64,000 bases of DNA, taken from Eledone cirrhosa (taxonomy: Eukaryota). The first letter of the stretch is position 1. Each line of letters begins with the position of its first letter. A program made the translations under genes and the position numbers. The notes below the pieces were generated by a model. It saw nothing but the letters and a program-made list of their open reading frames with translations. It made no database searches and was not told where the DNA came from. The stretch lies in assembly GCA_964016885.1 (NCBI GenBank), contig OZ024743.1:91636001-91700000 (forward strand), given 5' to 3'. This document shows, piece by piece, positions 1-13,998 of this stretch.

Positions 1-368
1 GCTAAAATAGAACATAAGGGCAAATTAGAGAATATAGAAATAAAAATAGAATCTACACACAGAAAAGACGCAATGTTCAGACAAATCACAGAGGCAATAA
101 ACATAAATAAACTCCAACAAAAATTAAATAGAAAACATGAATGGAATAGCAACATCACAACTTACAATTAAGGACAAAATGAAAACACACACACACATTG
201 AACAAACAACCAACCAGTAACATGTAAATATACAAATAAATAAACAAATAAAAACATACACATACACCCGGATGTAACACATGCGCAAACTAGCACACAA
301 CACACACAAAAACAAGATGTCGTAGGACAGAACAAAGGAGAGACACAAAACAAAGAAAAGTATCCCCA

Positions 369-411
369 GTCACTGAAGAGGTCACAGAATGTGTGACGAA
401 AGAACTTTGAC
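369..411 (+). ncRNA. Type I hammerhead ribozyme motif (minimal)
   Basis: GTCA-CTGAAGA-g-GTCACA gaatg TGTGAC-GAAA-G aa CT-T-TGAC. Stem I GTCA/TGAC, core CUGAAGA, 6-bp stem II, GAAA, very short stem III, cleavage triplet CUU. Confidence 0.7.
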
Positions 412-629
412 AATATATGAGCAACCGCCCGGTTATGGAACCAACCAACCAACCGGAAATTTGGAAATTTATAAATTCTTAAATTTATAAATTTAATTTA
501 TAATAAATTGGAGTGAAAGCAACTGGTGCGTGTGTTTCTTATTGGCAACATGACCCTCCCAAAGCATAACAATATCGGTTTCAACACACGTTTTAAGATA
601 AAGAATCTTGCTAAACAAATTCAGAAACG

Positions 630-682
<53 letters not shown>

Positions 683-687
<5 letters not shown>

Positions 688-787
688 AAGCCGCATAAGC
701 CGATTGTGCATTGTTGCATAATATATGCAGACAGATAGTGCAGTGCACCTTACTGCTGCATTAGTGCGGCAGAAACTCGAGTCCGGT
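683..787 (+). ncRNA. 5'-truncated hammerhead motif abutting a (TA)n tract
   Basis: (TA)n-TGATGA-a-GCCGCA...TGCGGC-a-GAAAC-TCGA-GTC-CGGT. C3 and the 5' strand of stem I are replaced by the TA run; loop 3 is palindromic. Confidence 0.55.
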
Positions 788-933
788 AACCTTATAGGCA
801 CCCGTTTTTACGTGTGTTGTGTTGAGGCAAATAACTATGTGTATACTCTGGTAATGTATCTTACATTGCCCATGGAGTGCGCTGAGATACAACCGGTACT
901 GGCATTGATAACTATGCTGGGTCCGTCAACCCT

Positions 934-1003
<70 letters not shown>

Positions 1004-1133
1004 GAATCTTTAAAATTCTTCCCACCGAAGTTAACAAAGAACTTACTCGATCTACCAATTCATAATATAATAATATTATAAAATTAAATAAAATTATTTA
1101 GAACTACAAGTGAAATCATTCTTTTCCTTTTTT

Positions 1134-1211
<78 letters not shown>

Positions 1212-1699
1212 AATGTGTAAATTCCCATGATTAGTGCCCCTCCTCCGTCTCAGTACCTCAGACTCTTTCTCCCCCCCTCTCTCTCCTTATATATATATAT
1301 ATATATATATGATTATACACACACACACACACATATATATATAAACTTGATATATATACATATATATATATATACATATTCATAGACAAAGGCATGCACA
1401 CATACACATGCATACATACACATGCACACACTCACACATACACAATAACTAAAACTGTGCTCCAAGTAGTTGTTATACGTCTACAGTGACACTAAACAAG
1501 CTGCCATATTGGAAATGGGAGGAGATATATCGATATCGATCTGGAAATCTACAAGAGAGGGTGTGGAGGGTGTCAGTTGAACCTTTGACCTGGCTTGTCA
1601 TCAAGCTGTTTAAATGAGGATTATCTCACTCAACATATTGATTGCAGCAGCCTGTAACAATTGTAGGTGTGGATACATGTCAGTGTATTTGTACAGAGG

Positions 1700-1980
1700 C
1701 ACATGCACACATGCACACATGCACACATGCACACATGCACACACACACACACACACACATACATACATACATGCACACATGCACACATGCACACACACAT
1801 ACATGCACACATGAACACATGCACACATGCACACATGCACGCATGCACACACACATACATGCACACATGCACACATGAACACATGCACACATGCACACAT
1901 GCCCACACGCACATATGCACACATGCACACATGCACACATGCACACATGCACGCACTCAGACATGCACAAACACACACAT
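1700..1980. repeat. (ACACATGC)n / CA-rich simple repeat
   Basis: Tandem gcacacat units visible directly. Confidence 0.9.
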
Positions 1981-2094
1981 AGATATATGAATGGGTAATG
2001 CGTGTATTTTAACACACACACACACACACACACATATAGATAGATAGATACATCCAATGATACGCACACACGCATACACCCTTTATGAATCTCC

Positions 2095-2130
<36 letters not shown>

Positions 2131-2183
2131 CTTTCTTTCCTCTCTCTCTCCCTCCCTCTCTCTCTCTACATATATATATATAT

Positions 2184-2268
<85 letters not shown>

Positions 2269-2339
2269 TTTGCTCTGGTACTTACATAGAGCACTCTTCA
2301 CTCCTATGACTTTTTCAATTTTCAACGGAAACTTCAATA

Positions 2340-2458
<119 letters not shown>

Positions 2459-2463
2459 ATATG

Positions 2464-2502
<39 letters not shown>

Positions 2503-2504
<2 letters not shown>

Positions 2505-2955
2505 CAAAGGAATTGTGGTAAGGAACCAGATGGACCATAACGCACCAGAGTACTCAATACTTAGGGTAGTAGAGTGGGAAATAGGAAAAAGTATCTTTTA
2601 TTATCTCCTACTCTCATTCGATTTACCTGTTCTATAACCTCCCTCCTCCACTTCATACACTATCCTTAGAATCTGCTGTATACATATCACTTTCAACGCT
2701 TGACCGCTCCACTCAGCCACTATTGTTCTACAGACAAGTTCAGCCACCCCTACCTCCCACCAAATGCCATGATAGACTTATTTGTGTTTACAACAGATTT
2801 TAACCAATACTCTTGACAACTACAATCTTCCCATATAAGGAAGTACCTCCTTGACAAGTTCGGCTATTTATTCACCAGGCTAAAAATTCTAATTTAGTCC
2901 AGAAATAGCAGTCGAAACGGCTTGAGCTCTGCCGTCGGGGACATACTTTTTCCTA
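2503..2955. mobile_element. Penelope-like pLTR fragment with inverted terminus, in (TA)n
   Basis: 2503-2592 is the reverse complement of about 62620-62710. 2592-2955 matches about 62267-62632 directly, i.e. the repeat downstream of the GIY-YIG ORF. Flanked by TA tracts. Confidence 0.8.
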
Positions 2956-2968
2956 TATATATATATAT

Positions 2969-3146
<178 letters not shown>

Positions 3147-3149
3147 CAT

Positions 3150-3206
<57 letters not shown>

Positions 3207-3478
3207 TTTTTGTGTGCGCTTGCAAGCGCATGGGGTGGGGAAATATATATTTATTTATACGTGTGTGTGTGTGTGGGGGGGGGGGGTTATTCACACACGC
3301 TTGCAAACACATAAAAAGATACATACAAATAAACACACATATACACTCATATATATGTAACATACGAGTGTGTGTGTTTATGGCTATGTGAGTGTGTATC
3401 TGCGTATTAACTGACATTCTATTATTTGCATTTGAATATAATTACGTATCTTATATGAACAAACGTGTGTGGTGGTGA

Positions 3479-3531
<53 letters not shown>

Positions 3532-3791
3532 CATACATACAGACACATATATATATATATATGAGAGAGAGAGAAAGAGAGAGAGAAAGAGAAAGAGTAA
3601 GAGAGAGAGAGAGTGAGTGTGTGTTTATGTGTACGTGTGTACAGAGAGAGATACATGCATATACATACGCATATATATATATATATACATACACGCAAAC
3701 GGACACACCCAAAAACACAGTGAGTGTGTGTGTGTGTGTGTCTTTGTATTATGTGCATATATTATGTATTGCATGTATATATGTATGTATG

Positions 3792-3823
<32 letters not shown>

Positions 3824-4153
3824 CACACATGTGCGTGCGTATATGTGTGTATGTGTATGTATGTAATAAATCCATATTTCTAGGAAAAGCAATAAACCCT
3901 GTGATTAGTGATAAATGAATATTTCACATTTTCTGCCAACTTCCCGCTCTGTTGCTGTCAGTAATAGGGATTTATGACACAAGCTGTTAAGAAGCATGGC
4001 CTTGTTCATTGGACATCGGCTCGTAGTCTTCTTTCTTTTTTTTTTACTCACAGCTTACTTTAGAACAAGTAAAAATATGTCGGTACATTTTGTAACTAAT
4101 TTAAAAAATGTATTCTATATATTCAATTGGTTGTCAATTGATTTTAAAATATA

Positions 4154-5176
4154 CGAGGTATACTCAAGAAGTTTTGAAACTTTTTCATTTCGGGCTCTTT
4201 TAATTGGTCTATGTAATTGTCACTTTAATACATCCTTGATATGGTTATAATAAGTTAACATACCAAATCTTTGTTTTCTAGGTTGAATATCCGGGCCGCT
4301 TCAGCATTTTAAACACTATCGGTCCTACACCTCTTATCGCAGTTGACTGTTTCCACAAAACAGTTGAGACATAAGGACACATTGGAGGCTCGATATGCAA
4401 TAAAGTTTTGTGTTAAGCTTGGCAAAAACGCTGCAGCAATCTATGAAATGGTCAATACTGCTTACGGACTAACTTTTATGAGCCGGGCAACTGGTTTTCG
4501 TTGGTACAAGAGGTTCCAAGGGGGGCAGGGGGAAGGTGAGGGACGACAAGAGTTGTGGCAGGGAGTGGAAGATCAGGACACGAAAGTTGGTCAACAAAAT
4601 TCACAAATTTCCAGACTAGGACCGTCATGCATCTCTTCTGACAATTGCTAAACCATTTGAAGTGGCTGAGGGCACTGTGCACAGAGTTATTCATGACGAT
4701 CTGAACATACGCAAAGTTTGTTCCCAAAGTGCTCAATGAAGATCAAAGGCAGAGGTGCGTTGATGCCAGCAGTGAGATAGTAGAGTGGATCGCTTCGAAT
4801 CCAAGTGTGTTTGAGTCTCTGGTAACCTGTGATGAGAGCTGTGTCTACTGTTATGATCCAGAGACCAAGAGACAGAGTGGCCAGTTGAAACATTCTGACT
4901 CTCCAAGACCCAAGATGGCCAGGAAAAGTAGATCCACTGGGAAGTTCGTGAAGTTCCCATTCTTCGACAGCAAGGGCATCATCTAAATCCACTGGTTCCC
5001 CACGGCCAGACAGTCAGCAAAGAGTATATGTAGAGGTTTTGAGGCATTTCAGAAAGAGATTTCGTCGCAAGAGAGCAGACTCTTTAAGTTTGGTCAGTGG
5101 CACCTGCACCAGGACAATGCCCCTTGTCAAAACTTCATCCTGGGGACCAACTACTTGGCCGATATGGGGATCAAGG
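4154..5176 (+). mobile_element. Mariner (Tc1/mariner) transposon remnant, transposase pseudogene, 3' truncated
   Basis: TA-CGAGG TIR-like start. Frameshifted transposase pieces: RYAIKFCVKLGK...RWYKRF (HTH), FVPKVLNEDQ (WVPHEL-like), VTCDESCVYCYDPETKRQS (first D), HLHQDNAP at about 5101 (second D). Ends at a (TTC)n tract. Confidence 0.9.
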
Positions 5177-5466
5177 TTCTTCTTCTTCTTCTTCTTCTTC
5201 TTCTTGATACGACTGTATCAACAGAGGCGTGTTTTATAGTAACCCCCCCCCCCCCCACTTCGCCTTTCTTTGGCTTTCTTCCAAGATGAGTTGGAAAAAG
5301 GCGGATCGAATGTTCCAGCTAAACATTCCCTTCACCCCCATCACCACCTTTTTATGGTTCTCCCGTGTGAAATTAGGGGACATCATTGGCAATCACAATA
5401 ATTCAGTATGTATGTATTCATGTATGTATGTATATATATATGTATGTATGTATGTATACCTGAATA

Positions 5467-5530
<64 letters not shown>

Positions 5531-5675
5531 TTATATATATGTGTGTGAGTGTGTGTATGTGTATACACTCATACAGACACACGTTCACACACACGCACAT
5601 AAACACACTCATAAATAAATAAATATATAAATATATATATATACCTATATATATACCTATAAATATATATATATA

Positions 5676-5726
<51 letters not shown>

Positions 5727-5859
5727 ATTAATTCACAGAAATTGGTTTTCACTGATCACGTTGTACGAATAACTTTAATGAATTTCCTCCTTGGCACGAA
5801 GTCAATATTTTTTAGTGAGAGCACACATATGTGTGTGGGCGCTGAACCCCCTTTGGTTT

Positions 5860-6160
5860 TGATAGGGAATGTTCCAGTTGTTTTGATCTCCGAAACAGTC
5901 TACACATCATATTAACATGCAAGTGGCTGAACATTCCACAGACACGTGCACCATTAACGTTGTGCTCACGGAAACTCAGCGTGACATAGGCTGGCTCTTT
6001 GAATGACAGGTACGACTCATTTTTTAAATTTTGCCAGGTGGGTGTACAGGAGCAATGTGAAATAAAGTATGTTGTACAAGGACACAGCGTGTCGCTGGGA
6101 ATCGAACTCATGACCTTAAAATCGTGGTTCGAAAACCCTAACCATTAAACCACTCGCCTT
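5860..6160 (-). mobile_element. tRNA-derived SINE with CORE-like body
   Basis: Minus-strand A/B-box head (gtggtttaatggttagg...gagttcgattccc) followed by tgtgtccttg...ctttatttcac. Homologous to 31279-31590 and 59645-59767. Confidence 0.7.
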
Positions 6161-6701
6161 GACAATGAACGTGTGTGTGTATAATTTTTCTAGAAATAGC
6201 TATTAATTAGTATATCCTAAGACTAGTCAACTAAAGAGCCACCTAAGTCTTGATTGGTTAATTAATTATGTTAATTAACTAATATTCGTAATCATGGTGA
6301 AACCGCGGTCTGGAATCCAGGTAAAATTATATTTTTATCTTAAATATATATTTTGCTTGCTATGTTTTTAATAGTAATATACTTTAGTATTGTACCTAAA
6401 TAACATTTGGAATAAATAATGCAAAATACAGATTTTAATCCGTATAAAGCATATTTGAACTGATTTATGGTGGAAATAAATTTCATTCTAATCCACTTTT
6501 ACAAGGGGTCGAAACAGCCAAAGTCCATATCAACGGCCGATGGCCTGGAGTTATGTGTCCTTGTTTATATTTTTATTTTTAGTAAATAATTTTTTAAGGA
6601 TTCCTCTTTAAAAAATGTTTTTCGTTTTGGCTTTTTTTCGTATGTTGTCTTGTCCTCTGTTAATTGTTTTGTTAATTTTTGTTAAGTTTATATATATATA
6701 T

Positions 6702-6748
<47 letters not shown>

Positions 6749-6749
6749 T

Positions 6750-7005
6750 GCGGCATCGAGTGAGCAGAGTCGTTCGATCATTAGAACGTTAGATAGAATG
6801 CTTCGTGGCATTCCTTCCGTCTCTCTACGCTATGAGTTCAAATCCAGCCGCAGCCAATTTGACCTTTCATTTTTTTTTAGGTCGATAAAAAAAAGTACCA
6901 ATCCAATACTGGAGTGGATTTTTCCTTGATATCTCTCTCTCACTTCCTCTCCATATCCATTGTTGGCCAAATTGTTGGCCTTATGCCAAAATCAGAAGCC
7001 ATTAT
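6750..7005 (+). mobile_element. Degenerate tRNA-derived SINE (major family)
   Basis: gagttcaaatcc...tttgacctttcat...gtcgataaa...gtacca...ggccttatgccaaaatcagaa matches the family consensus seen at 29691. Confidence 0.7.
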
Positions 7006-7089
7006 TACACGGGCTACGGGTGAAAGGATATTAAATGGACTGGATACACAAGGTATGTCTGTGTGCGCGTGGTGAATAGAATTCGACCT

Positions 7090-7760
7090 GAGAAGGAAGA
7101 AAGACAACGATGCCCTCGGCGAGATTTGAACCTGAAAACATTTTATCAAACACTGAAACGTCTCTGCTAATCCACAGACTTACAACAATACTAACACACA
7201 CCAGATTTAATCAACCTTTACCGAGATAGATGAAAGGCAAAATTGATCTCGACTGGATTTGAACTGAGAACATAAACAACCGGAACACTTACTTCACAGC
7301 GTGTTGTAAAACACTCTGGCTATTCTGCCAACATGCAGCCCTAAAACAATAACAACGACGACAACGACAATAACAACAGCAATAATAAGGGTTTCTTATA
7401 TAAGCACAAGGCCAGCAATTTTTGGGAGAGGGGAAAGTCGATTAAATCGACCCCAGTGCATTACTGGTGGTTTATTTTATCGACCCCGTAAGGATGAAAG
7501 GAAAAGTTAACTTCGGCGGGATTTGAACTCAGATCATAAAGGGCCATAACTCTATGCTGCAAAGCATGGCATCCGACCCTCTACCGATACTGCCAACCCA
7601 TCGCCCTCACAACAGCAATACTAATATCAACAACAACAGCGACAGCAACTCTGGTGTCCTATCAATGCCGGAATGGATGAAAGTGAAATCAAGCTCAGCG
7701 GGATTGGAACACAGAAAACAGTAAAGAGACTTCCCCGATAAACCAGGTGCATTGGGTTAA
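7090..7760 (-). mobile_element. Cluster of major-family SINEs (full copy about 7388-7607 plus fragments)
   Basis: gcacaaggccagcaatt...cgaccccgtaaggatgaaagg...gggatttgaactcag...ctaccgatactgccaa. Confidence 0.8.
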
Positions 7761-7954
7761 GACCTCTAACGCTTCTACCATACATGATACATTTGATATT
7801 TCTATGGCCAGGCCTCATTAGTGAAGAGGGAATGTGTGTGCGTGTGCGTGAGTTGACGTGTTGGGGTGTACATATATGTATATGCGTGAGTGTGCGTGCA
7901 TGTGTGGTGTTTCATGTGTGTTTGTGAGCGGACATTTAATGTATGTGTGTGTGT

Positions 7955-7988
<34 letters not shown>

Positions 7989-8448
7989 CAGGGTGTATAC
8001 GAGTGTATATGTGTGAGTGTATTTATGCATATGTGTACGGATATGTTGAAATATATGTATGTGTGCGCATGTGCGAGCGTTTGTGTGTACGAATGCGTTG
8101 CGTGTGTGTGTGTGTGCGCGTGCGTGCGAGTGTGTGTGTGTATGTGTGTGTATGTGTGTGTGTTAGTGTGTGTACGCAGAAGACAGAATGTGTGTCTCAG
8201 TGTGCGAGTGTGTGTGTGTGTGTATCTGTGTAAGCATGAGACAGAATGTGTGTGTCTAGGTGTGCGAGTTTGTGTGTGTATGTATCTGTGTACACGTGAT
8301 AGAATGTGTGTGTCTCTGTGTGCGAGTGTGTGTCTGTGTGCATGTGAGTGCTTCTGTAAGACAATATGAGACAATATGTGAGTATGTGCACGCGTTAGTG
8401 TGTGCGTTTGCATTCGACTATATATGTGTATATGGGTTGAGTAAGAGG

Positions 8449-8549
8449 TGTGGTGTAGAGATGGGAGGAGGTGTGGTGTAGAGATGGGAGGAGGTGTGGT
8501 GTAGAGATGGGAGGAGGTGTGGTGTAGAGATGGGAGGAGGTGTGGTGTA
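8449..8549. repeat. 23-bp minisatellite (GTGTGGTGTAGAGATGGGAGGAG), about 4 copies
   Basis: Direct tandem units visible. Confidence 0.9.
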
Positions 8550-8600
8550 ACGAGTCACCACTTCAGGTTTCCGATCAGTTAAGCGTGAATGGATGGAGTA

Positions 8601-11520
8601 TGGTTGTGGTGGTGGTGGTGGTGGTAGTGGTGGTGGTGGTGGTAGTGGTGGTGGTAGTGGTGGTGGTGGTGGTGGTAGTGGTGGTGGTAGTGGTGGTGGT
8701 GGTGATGGTGGTAGCGGTGGCGGTGGTGGTGGTGGTGGTGGTGGTGATAGTGGTGGTGGTAGTGGTTTGGTAGTGGTAGTGGTGGTGGTAGTGGTGGTGG
8801 TGGTGGTGGTAGTGGTGGTGGTGGTGGTGGTAGTGGTGGTGGTAGTGGTGGTGGTGGTGATGGTGGTAGCGGTGGCGGTGGTGGTGGTGGTGGTGGTGGT
8901 GATAGTGGTGGTGGTAGTGGTTTGGTAGTGGTAGTGGTGGTGGTAGTGGTGGTGGTAGTGGTGGTGGTGGTGGTGGTAGTGGTGGTGATGGTGGTAGTGG
9001 TGGTGGTGATGGTGGTGGTGGTGGTGGTAGTAGTGGTGGTAGTGGTGGTGATGGTGGTAGTGGTGTTGGTGATGGTGGTGGTGGTGGTGGTGGTGATGGT
9101 GGTAGTGGTGGTGGTGGTGGTGGTGGTGGTGGTGGTAGCGGTGGTGGTGGTTCGGTAGTGGTAGTGGTGGTGGTAGTTTGGTGGTGGTGGTGGTGGTAGC
9201 GGTGGGTGTGGTGGTGGTGATAGTGGTGGTGGTAGTGGTTTGGTAGTGGTAGTGGTGGTGGTAGTGGTGGTGGTGGTGGTTTGGTGGTGGTGGTGGTGGT
9301 AGTAGTGGTGGTGGTAGTAGTAGTGGTGGTGGTGGTGGTGGTGGTGGTAGCGGTGGCGGTAGTGGTGGTGGTGACGGTGGTAGTGGTGGTGGTGGTGGTG
9401 GTAGCGGTGGTGGTGGTGGTGGTGATAGTGGTGGTGGTAGTGGTTTGGTAGTGGTAGTGGTGGTGGTAGTGGTGGTGGTGGTGGTTTGGTGGTGGTGGTG
9501 GTGGTAGTATAGGTGGTGGTGGTGGTAGTAGTGGTGGTGGTGGTGGTGGTGGTAGTATAGGTGGTGGTGGTGGTAGTAGTGGTGGTGGTGGTGGTGGTAG
9601 CGGTGGTGGTAGTGGTGGTGGTGGTGGTGGTAGCGGTGGTGGTGGTGGTGGTTGTGATAGTGGTGGTGGTAGTGGTTTGGTAGTGGTAGTGGTGGTGGTA
9701 GTGGTGGTGGTGGTGGTTTGGTGGTGGTGGTGGTAGTAGTGGTGGTGGTGGTGGTTTGGTGGTGGTGGTGGTAGTAGTAGTGGTGATGGTGGTAGTAGTG
9801 GTGGTGGTGGTGGTGGTAGTGGTGGTGGTAGTGGTGGTGGTGGTGGTGGTAGTGGTGGTGGTGGTGGTGGTAACGGTGGTGGTGGTAGCGGTGGTGGTAG
9901 TGAGTGTGGTGGTGGTGGTAGTGGTGGTGGTGGTGGTGGTAGCGGTGGTGGTGGTAGTGGTGGTGGTGGTGGTGGTAGCGGTGGTGGTTGTGGTGGTGGT
10001 GGTGGTAGCGGTGGTGGTGGTAGCGGTGGTGGTAGTGGTGGTGGTGGTGGTGGGGTGGTGGTGGTAGAGGTGGTAGTGGTGGTGGTGGTTTGGTGGTGGT
10101 GGTGGTAGCGGTGGTGGTGGTAGCGATGGTGGTAGTGGTGGTGGTGGTGGTAGAGGTGGTGGTAGCGGTGGTGGTGGTAGCGATGGTGGTAGTGGTGGTG
10201 GTGGTGGTAGAGGTGGTGGTAGCGGTGGTGGTGGTAGCGGTGGTGGTAGTGGTGGTGGTGGTAGCGGTGGTGGTTGTGGTGGTGGTGGTGGTAGCGGTGG
10301 TGGTGGTAGCGGTGGTGGTAGTGGTGGTGGTGGTGGTAGCGGTGGTGGTGGTAGAGGTGGTGGTAGTGGTGGTGGTGGTTTGGTGGTGGTGGTGGTAGTG
10401 GTGGTGGTGGTGGTGGTTGCGGTGGTGGTGGTAGACGTGCTGGTAGTGGTGGTGGTGGTTTGGTGGTGGTGGTGGTAGCGGTGGTGGTGGTAGCGATGGT
10501 GGTAGTGGTGGTGGTGGTAGAGGTGGTGGTAGCGGTGGTGGTGGTAGCGGTGGTGGTAGTGGTGGTGGTGGTAGCGGTGGCGGTTGTGGTGGTGGTGGTG
10601 GTAGCGGTGGTGGTGGTAGCGGTGGTGGTAGTGGTGGTGGTGGTGGTAGCGGTGGTGGTGGTAGAGGTGGTGGTAGTGGTGGTGGTGGTTTGGTGGTGGT
10701 GGTGGTAGTAGTGGTGGTGGTGGTGGTAGTGGTGGTGGTGGTGGTAGTGGTGGTGGTGGTGGTGGTTTGGTGGTGGTGGTGGTGGTATTAGTGGTGGGGG
10801 TAGTGGTAGTGGTGGCGGTGGTGGTGGTGGTGGTGGTGGTGGTGGTGGTTATGGTGGTGGTAGTGGTGGTTGTGGTTGTGGTGGTGGTAGTGGTGGTGGT
10901 GGTGGTGGTAGTGGTGGTGGTGGTTTGGTGGTGGTGGTGGTGGTAGTAGTGTTGGTGGTGGTGGTAGTGGTAGTGGTGGTGGTGGTAGTGGTGGTTGTGG
11001 TGGTGGTAGTGGTGGTGGTGGTGGTATTGGCGGTGGTGGTAGTGGTGGTTGTGGTGGTTGTGGTAGTGGTGGTGGTAGTGGTGGTGATGGTGGTGGTGGT
11101 TTGGTGGTGGTGGTGGTGGTAGTAGTGGTGGTGGTGGTGGTGGTGGTGGTGGTGGTGGTGGTGGTGGTGATGGCGGTGGTGGTGGTGGTGGTTTGTGTTG
11201 GTGGTAGTGGTGGTGGTGTTGGTGGTGGTGGTGGTGGTGGTAGTGGTGGTGGTAGTGGTGGTGGTGGTAGTGGTGGTGGTGGTGGTGGTGGTGGTTTGGT
11301 GGTGGTGGTGGTGGTAGTAGTGGTGGTGGTGGTGGTGATAGTAGTGGTGGTGGTGGTATTGGTGGTAGTAGATGTTGGGGGGGGGGGGGGGGGGCTAGTG
11401 GTGGTGGTTGTGGTGGTAGTAGTGGTAGTGATGATGGTGGTATTAGTGGTGGTGGTAGTGGTAGTGGTGGTGGTAGTGGTGGTGGCAGTGGTGGTGGTGG
11501 TGGTGGTAGTGGTGGTGATT
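8601..11520. repeat. About 2.9-kb degenerate (GGT)n trinucleotide array
   Basis: GGT with AGT/GAT/GCG variants; source of the poly-Val/Gly/Thr ORFs. Confidence 0.95.
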
Positions 11521-11705
11521 GCGGCGGTCGCGGTTGTGGTAGAAGAAGGTGTGTAGTAGAGTTTGCGTGTATGTGTGTGTGCTAGTGTTTTAGATGTGCG
11601 TTTGTGCGCGTGCATGTGTGTTTGTCGGTGTGTGTGTGAGTGTGTCTACGTGTACGTGAATACGCACGCATTTAGATGTCGGATTAAGTACGTTTCTATG
11701 TGTGG

Positions 11706-11768
<63 letters not shown>

Positions 11769-12111
11769 TGTATGTGTGCACTCGTTTATGTACTTTTTAT
11801 CTGTACCTATGTACACACTTGTGTGTGTGTGTGTGTGTGCATGCCTTTAGATATATGTTTATGTAGGTTTATGTGTGTGTGCGCGTGTGTATGCACGCGT
11901 TTGGATGTGCATTCATATACGTTAGTTTGTATGTATGCGTGTATGTGTAGAGGTGTATGACTTTATATATGTCTATGTATGTGTGTGTGTGTGTATGCGT
12001 GTGTGTTTGTGTGTGTGTGTGTGTGAGGTGTGGGTATATGTGCGCTCGCCTGTGTGTGTGCGCGCGACTGTATGTGTGCGCCAATCTGTGTGTGTGCAGC
12101 AGTGTAAACCT

Positions 12112-12180
<69 letters not shown>

Positions 12181-12449
12181 CTCTCTCTCTCACACACATA
12201 CACACGCACTCAAACACAAGTGTATGACTTTGTACATGCCTATGTATCTGCATGTCTGTGTGCATGCCTATGTATCTGCATGTGTGTGTGCATGTCTATG
12301 TATCTGTATGTGTGTGTGCATGTCTATGTATCTGTATGTGTGTGTGTGCGCGTACGAGTGTGTATGCCTTTGTGTGTTTATGTACGTTTTTGTGTGTGTG
12401 CGCACTTGTGTTTTTTGGGTGTGACTTAGTGAAATACGATTGTGTTTGT

Positions 12450-13290
12450 ATATGGAAGGAGGTGGGCGAGGGGGAAGGATTAAAGGTGTGCGTGTGTGTG
12501 TGTGTGTGTATGTCTGTGTGTGTGTGTGTATATCTGTGTGTGTGTGTGTGTAGCGATGTGTGTGTGTGTGTGTGTCTGTATGTATGGAAGGAGGTGGGCG
12601 AGGGGGAAGGGGTAGGTATGATATTATCATACGAAAGGTGAGCAATGATAGGGAGGGGGTAGTATTAAAGGTGTGCGTGTGTGTGTGTGTGTGTGTGTAT
12701 GTCTGTGTGTGTGTGTGTAGCGATATGTGTAAAGGTGTGTGTGTGGTGCAGTACGTCTGTCTTTGTATGTCTGTGTGTGTCAGCGTGTGTGTGTATGTCT
12801 GTGTGTGTGTGTGTGTGTGTATGTCTGTGTGTGTCAGTGTGTGTGTGTAGCGATGTGTGTGTATGTCTGTGTGTGTGTCTGTGTATGTCAGTGTGTGTGT
12901 GTGTAGCGATGTGTGTGTGTGTGTATGTCTGTGTGTGTGTGTGTGTGTGTGTGTAGCGATGTGTGTGTGTGTGTATGTCTGTGTGTGTGTGTGTGTGTGT
13001 GTGTATGTCTATGTGTGTGTGTGTGTGTATGTCTGTGTGTGTGTGTAGCGATGTGTGTGTGTGTATGTCTGTATGTATGTGTGTATGTCTGTGTGTGTGT
13101 GTCTGTGTATGTCAGTGTGTGTGTGTAGCGATGTGTGTGTATGTCTGTGTGTGTGTATGTCTGTGTGTGTGTGACTGTGTATATCAGTGTGTGTGTGTAG
13201 CGATGTGTGTGTGTGTGTGTATGTCTGTGTGTGTGTGTGTCTGTGTATGTCAGTGTGTGTGTGTGTAGCGATGTGTGTGTCAATGGGAGG
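12450..13290. repeat. GT-rich compound repeat with recurring GTAGCGAT / ATGTCT markers
   Basis: Visible directly. Confidence 0.85.
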
Positions 13291-13404
13291 GGGGTAGGAT
13301 TATAGATATTTATTCATTTATTGTTTTATTTGTTTTGTTTTGTGTTGGTTGTAATTTCATATTTAGTGACTTTGGAAGGAACAGGTTGTGAAATTTGGTT
13401 TGAA

Positions 13405-13701
13405 AAAGAGAGAGGGGAGGAGAGAGAGGAGAGACAGAGAGAGAGGAGAGAGAGGAGAGTGAGAAGGGGAGAGGAGAGGAGAGACAGAGAGTGTGGAGAG
13501 AGAGAGGGGGAGACAGAGAGCGAGAGAGGAAAGAGAGGGGAGAGAGGGGGAGAGGAGAGACAGAGAGAGTGGAGAGAGAGAGAGGAGAGAGATGGGAGAG
13601 GAGAGAGCGAGAGAGACAGAAAGAGAGGAGAGAGAGGAGAGAGAGGGGGAGACAGAGAGAGAGAGGAGAGTGAGAGGCGGAGAGGGGAAACAGAGAGAGT
13701 G

Positions 13702-13735
<34 letters not shown>

Positions 13736-13830
13736 GGGGAGGAGAGAGCGAGAGAGAGAGAGAGAGGAGAGACAGAGAGAGAAGAGAGAGAGGAGAGAGG
13801 GGGAGAGGAGAGAGAGAGAGAGAGAGAGAG
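13405..13830. repeat. Polypurine (GA)-rich tract
   Basis: Visible directly. Confidence 0.9.
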
Positions 13831-13966
13831 TGTGTGTGTGTGTGTGTGTATATATATGTGTGTGTGTGTGGTGAGGAGATGGAATGAGGAGAAGAATGGA
13901 GAAGAAAAAAGGAAAGAGTGTTTGTGTGTCTATTTTTTTCGGTCTGTCTTTCTGATGTTCCTTCTA

Positions 13967-13998
<32 letters not shown>

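Noticed and set aside
8540-11615. Poly-Val/Gly/Thr/Pro/His ORFs resembling mucin or glycine-rich proteins
   Set aside because: Translation of a (GGT)n microsatellite; no splice or domain support.
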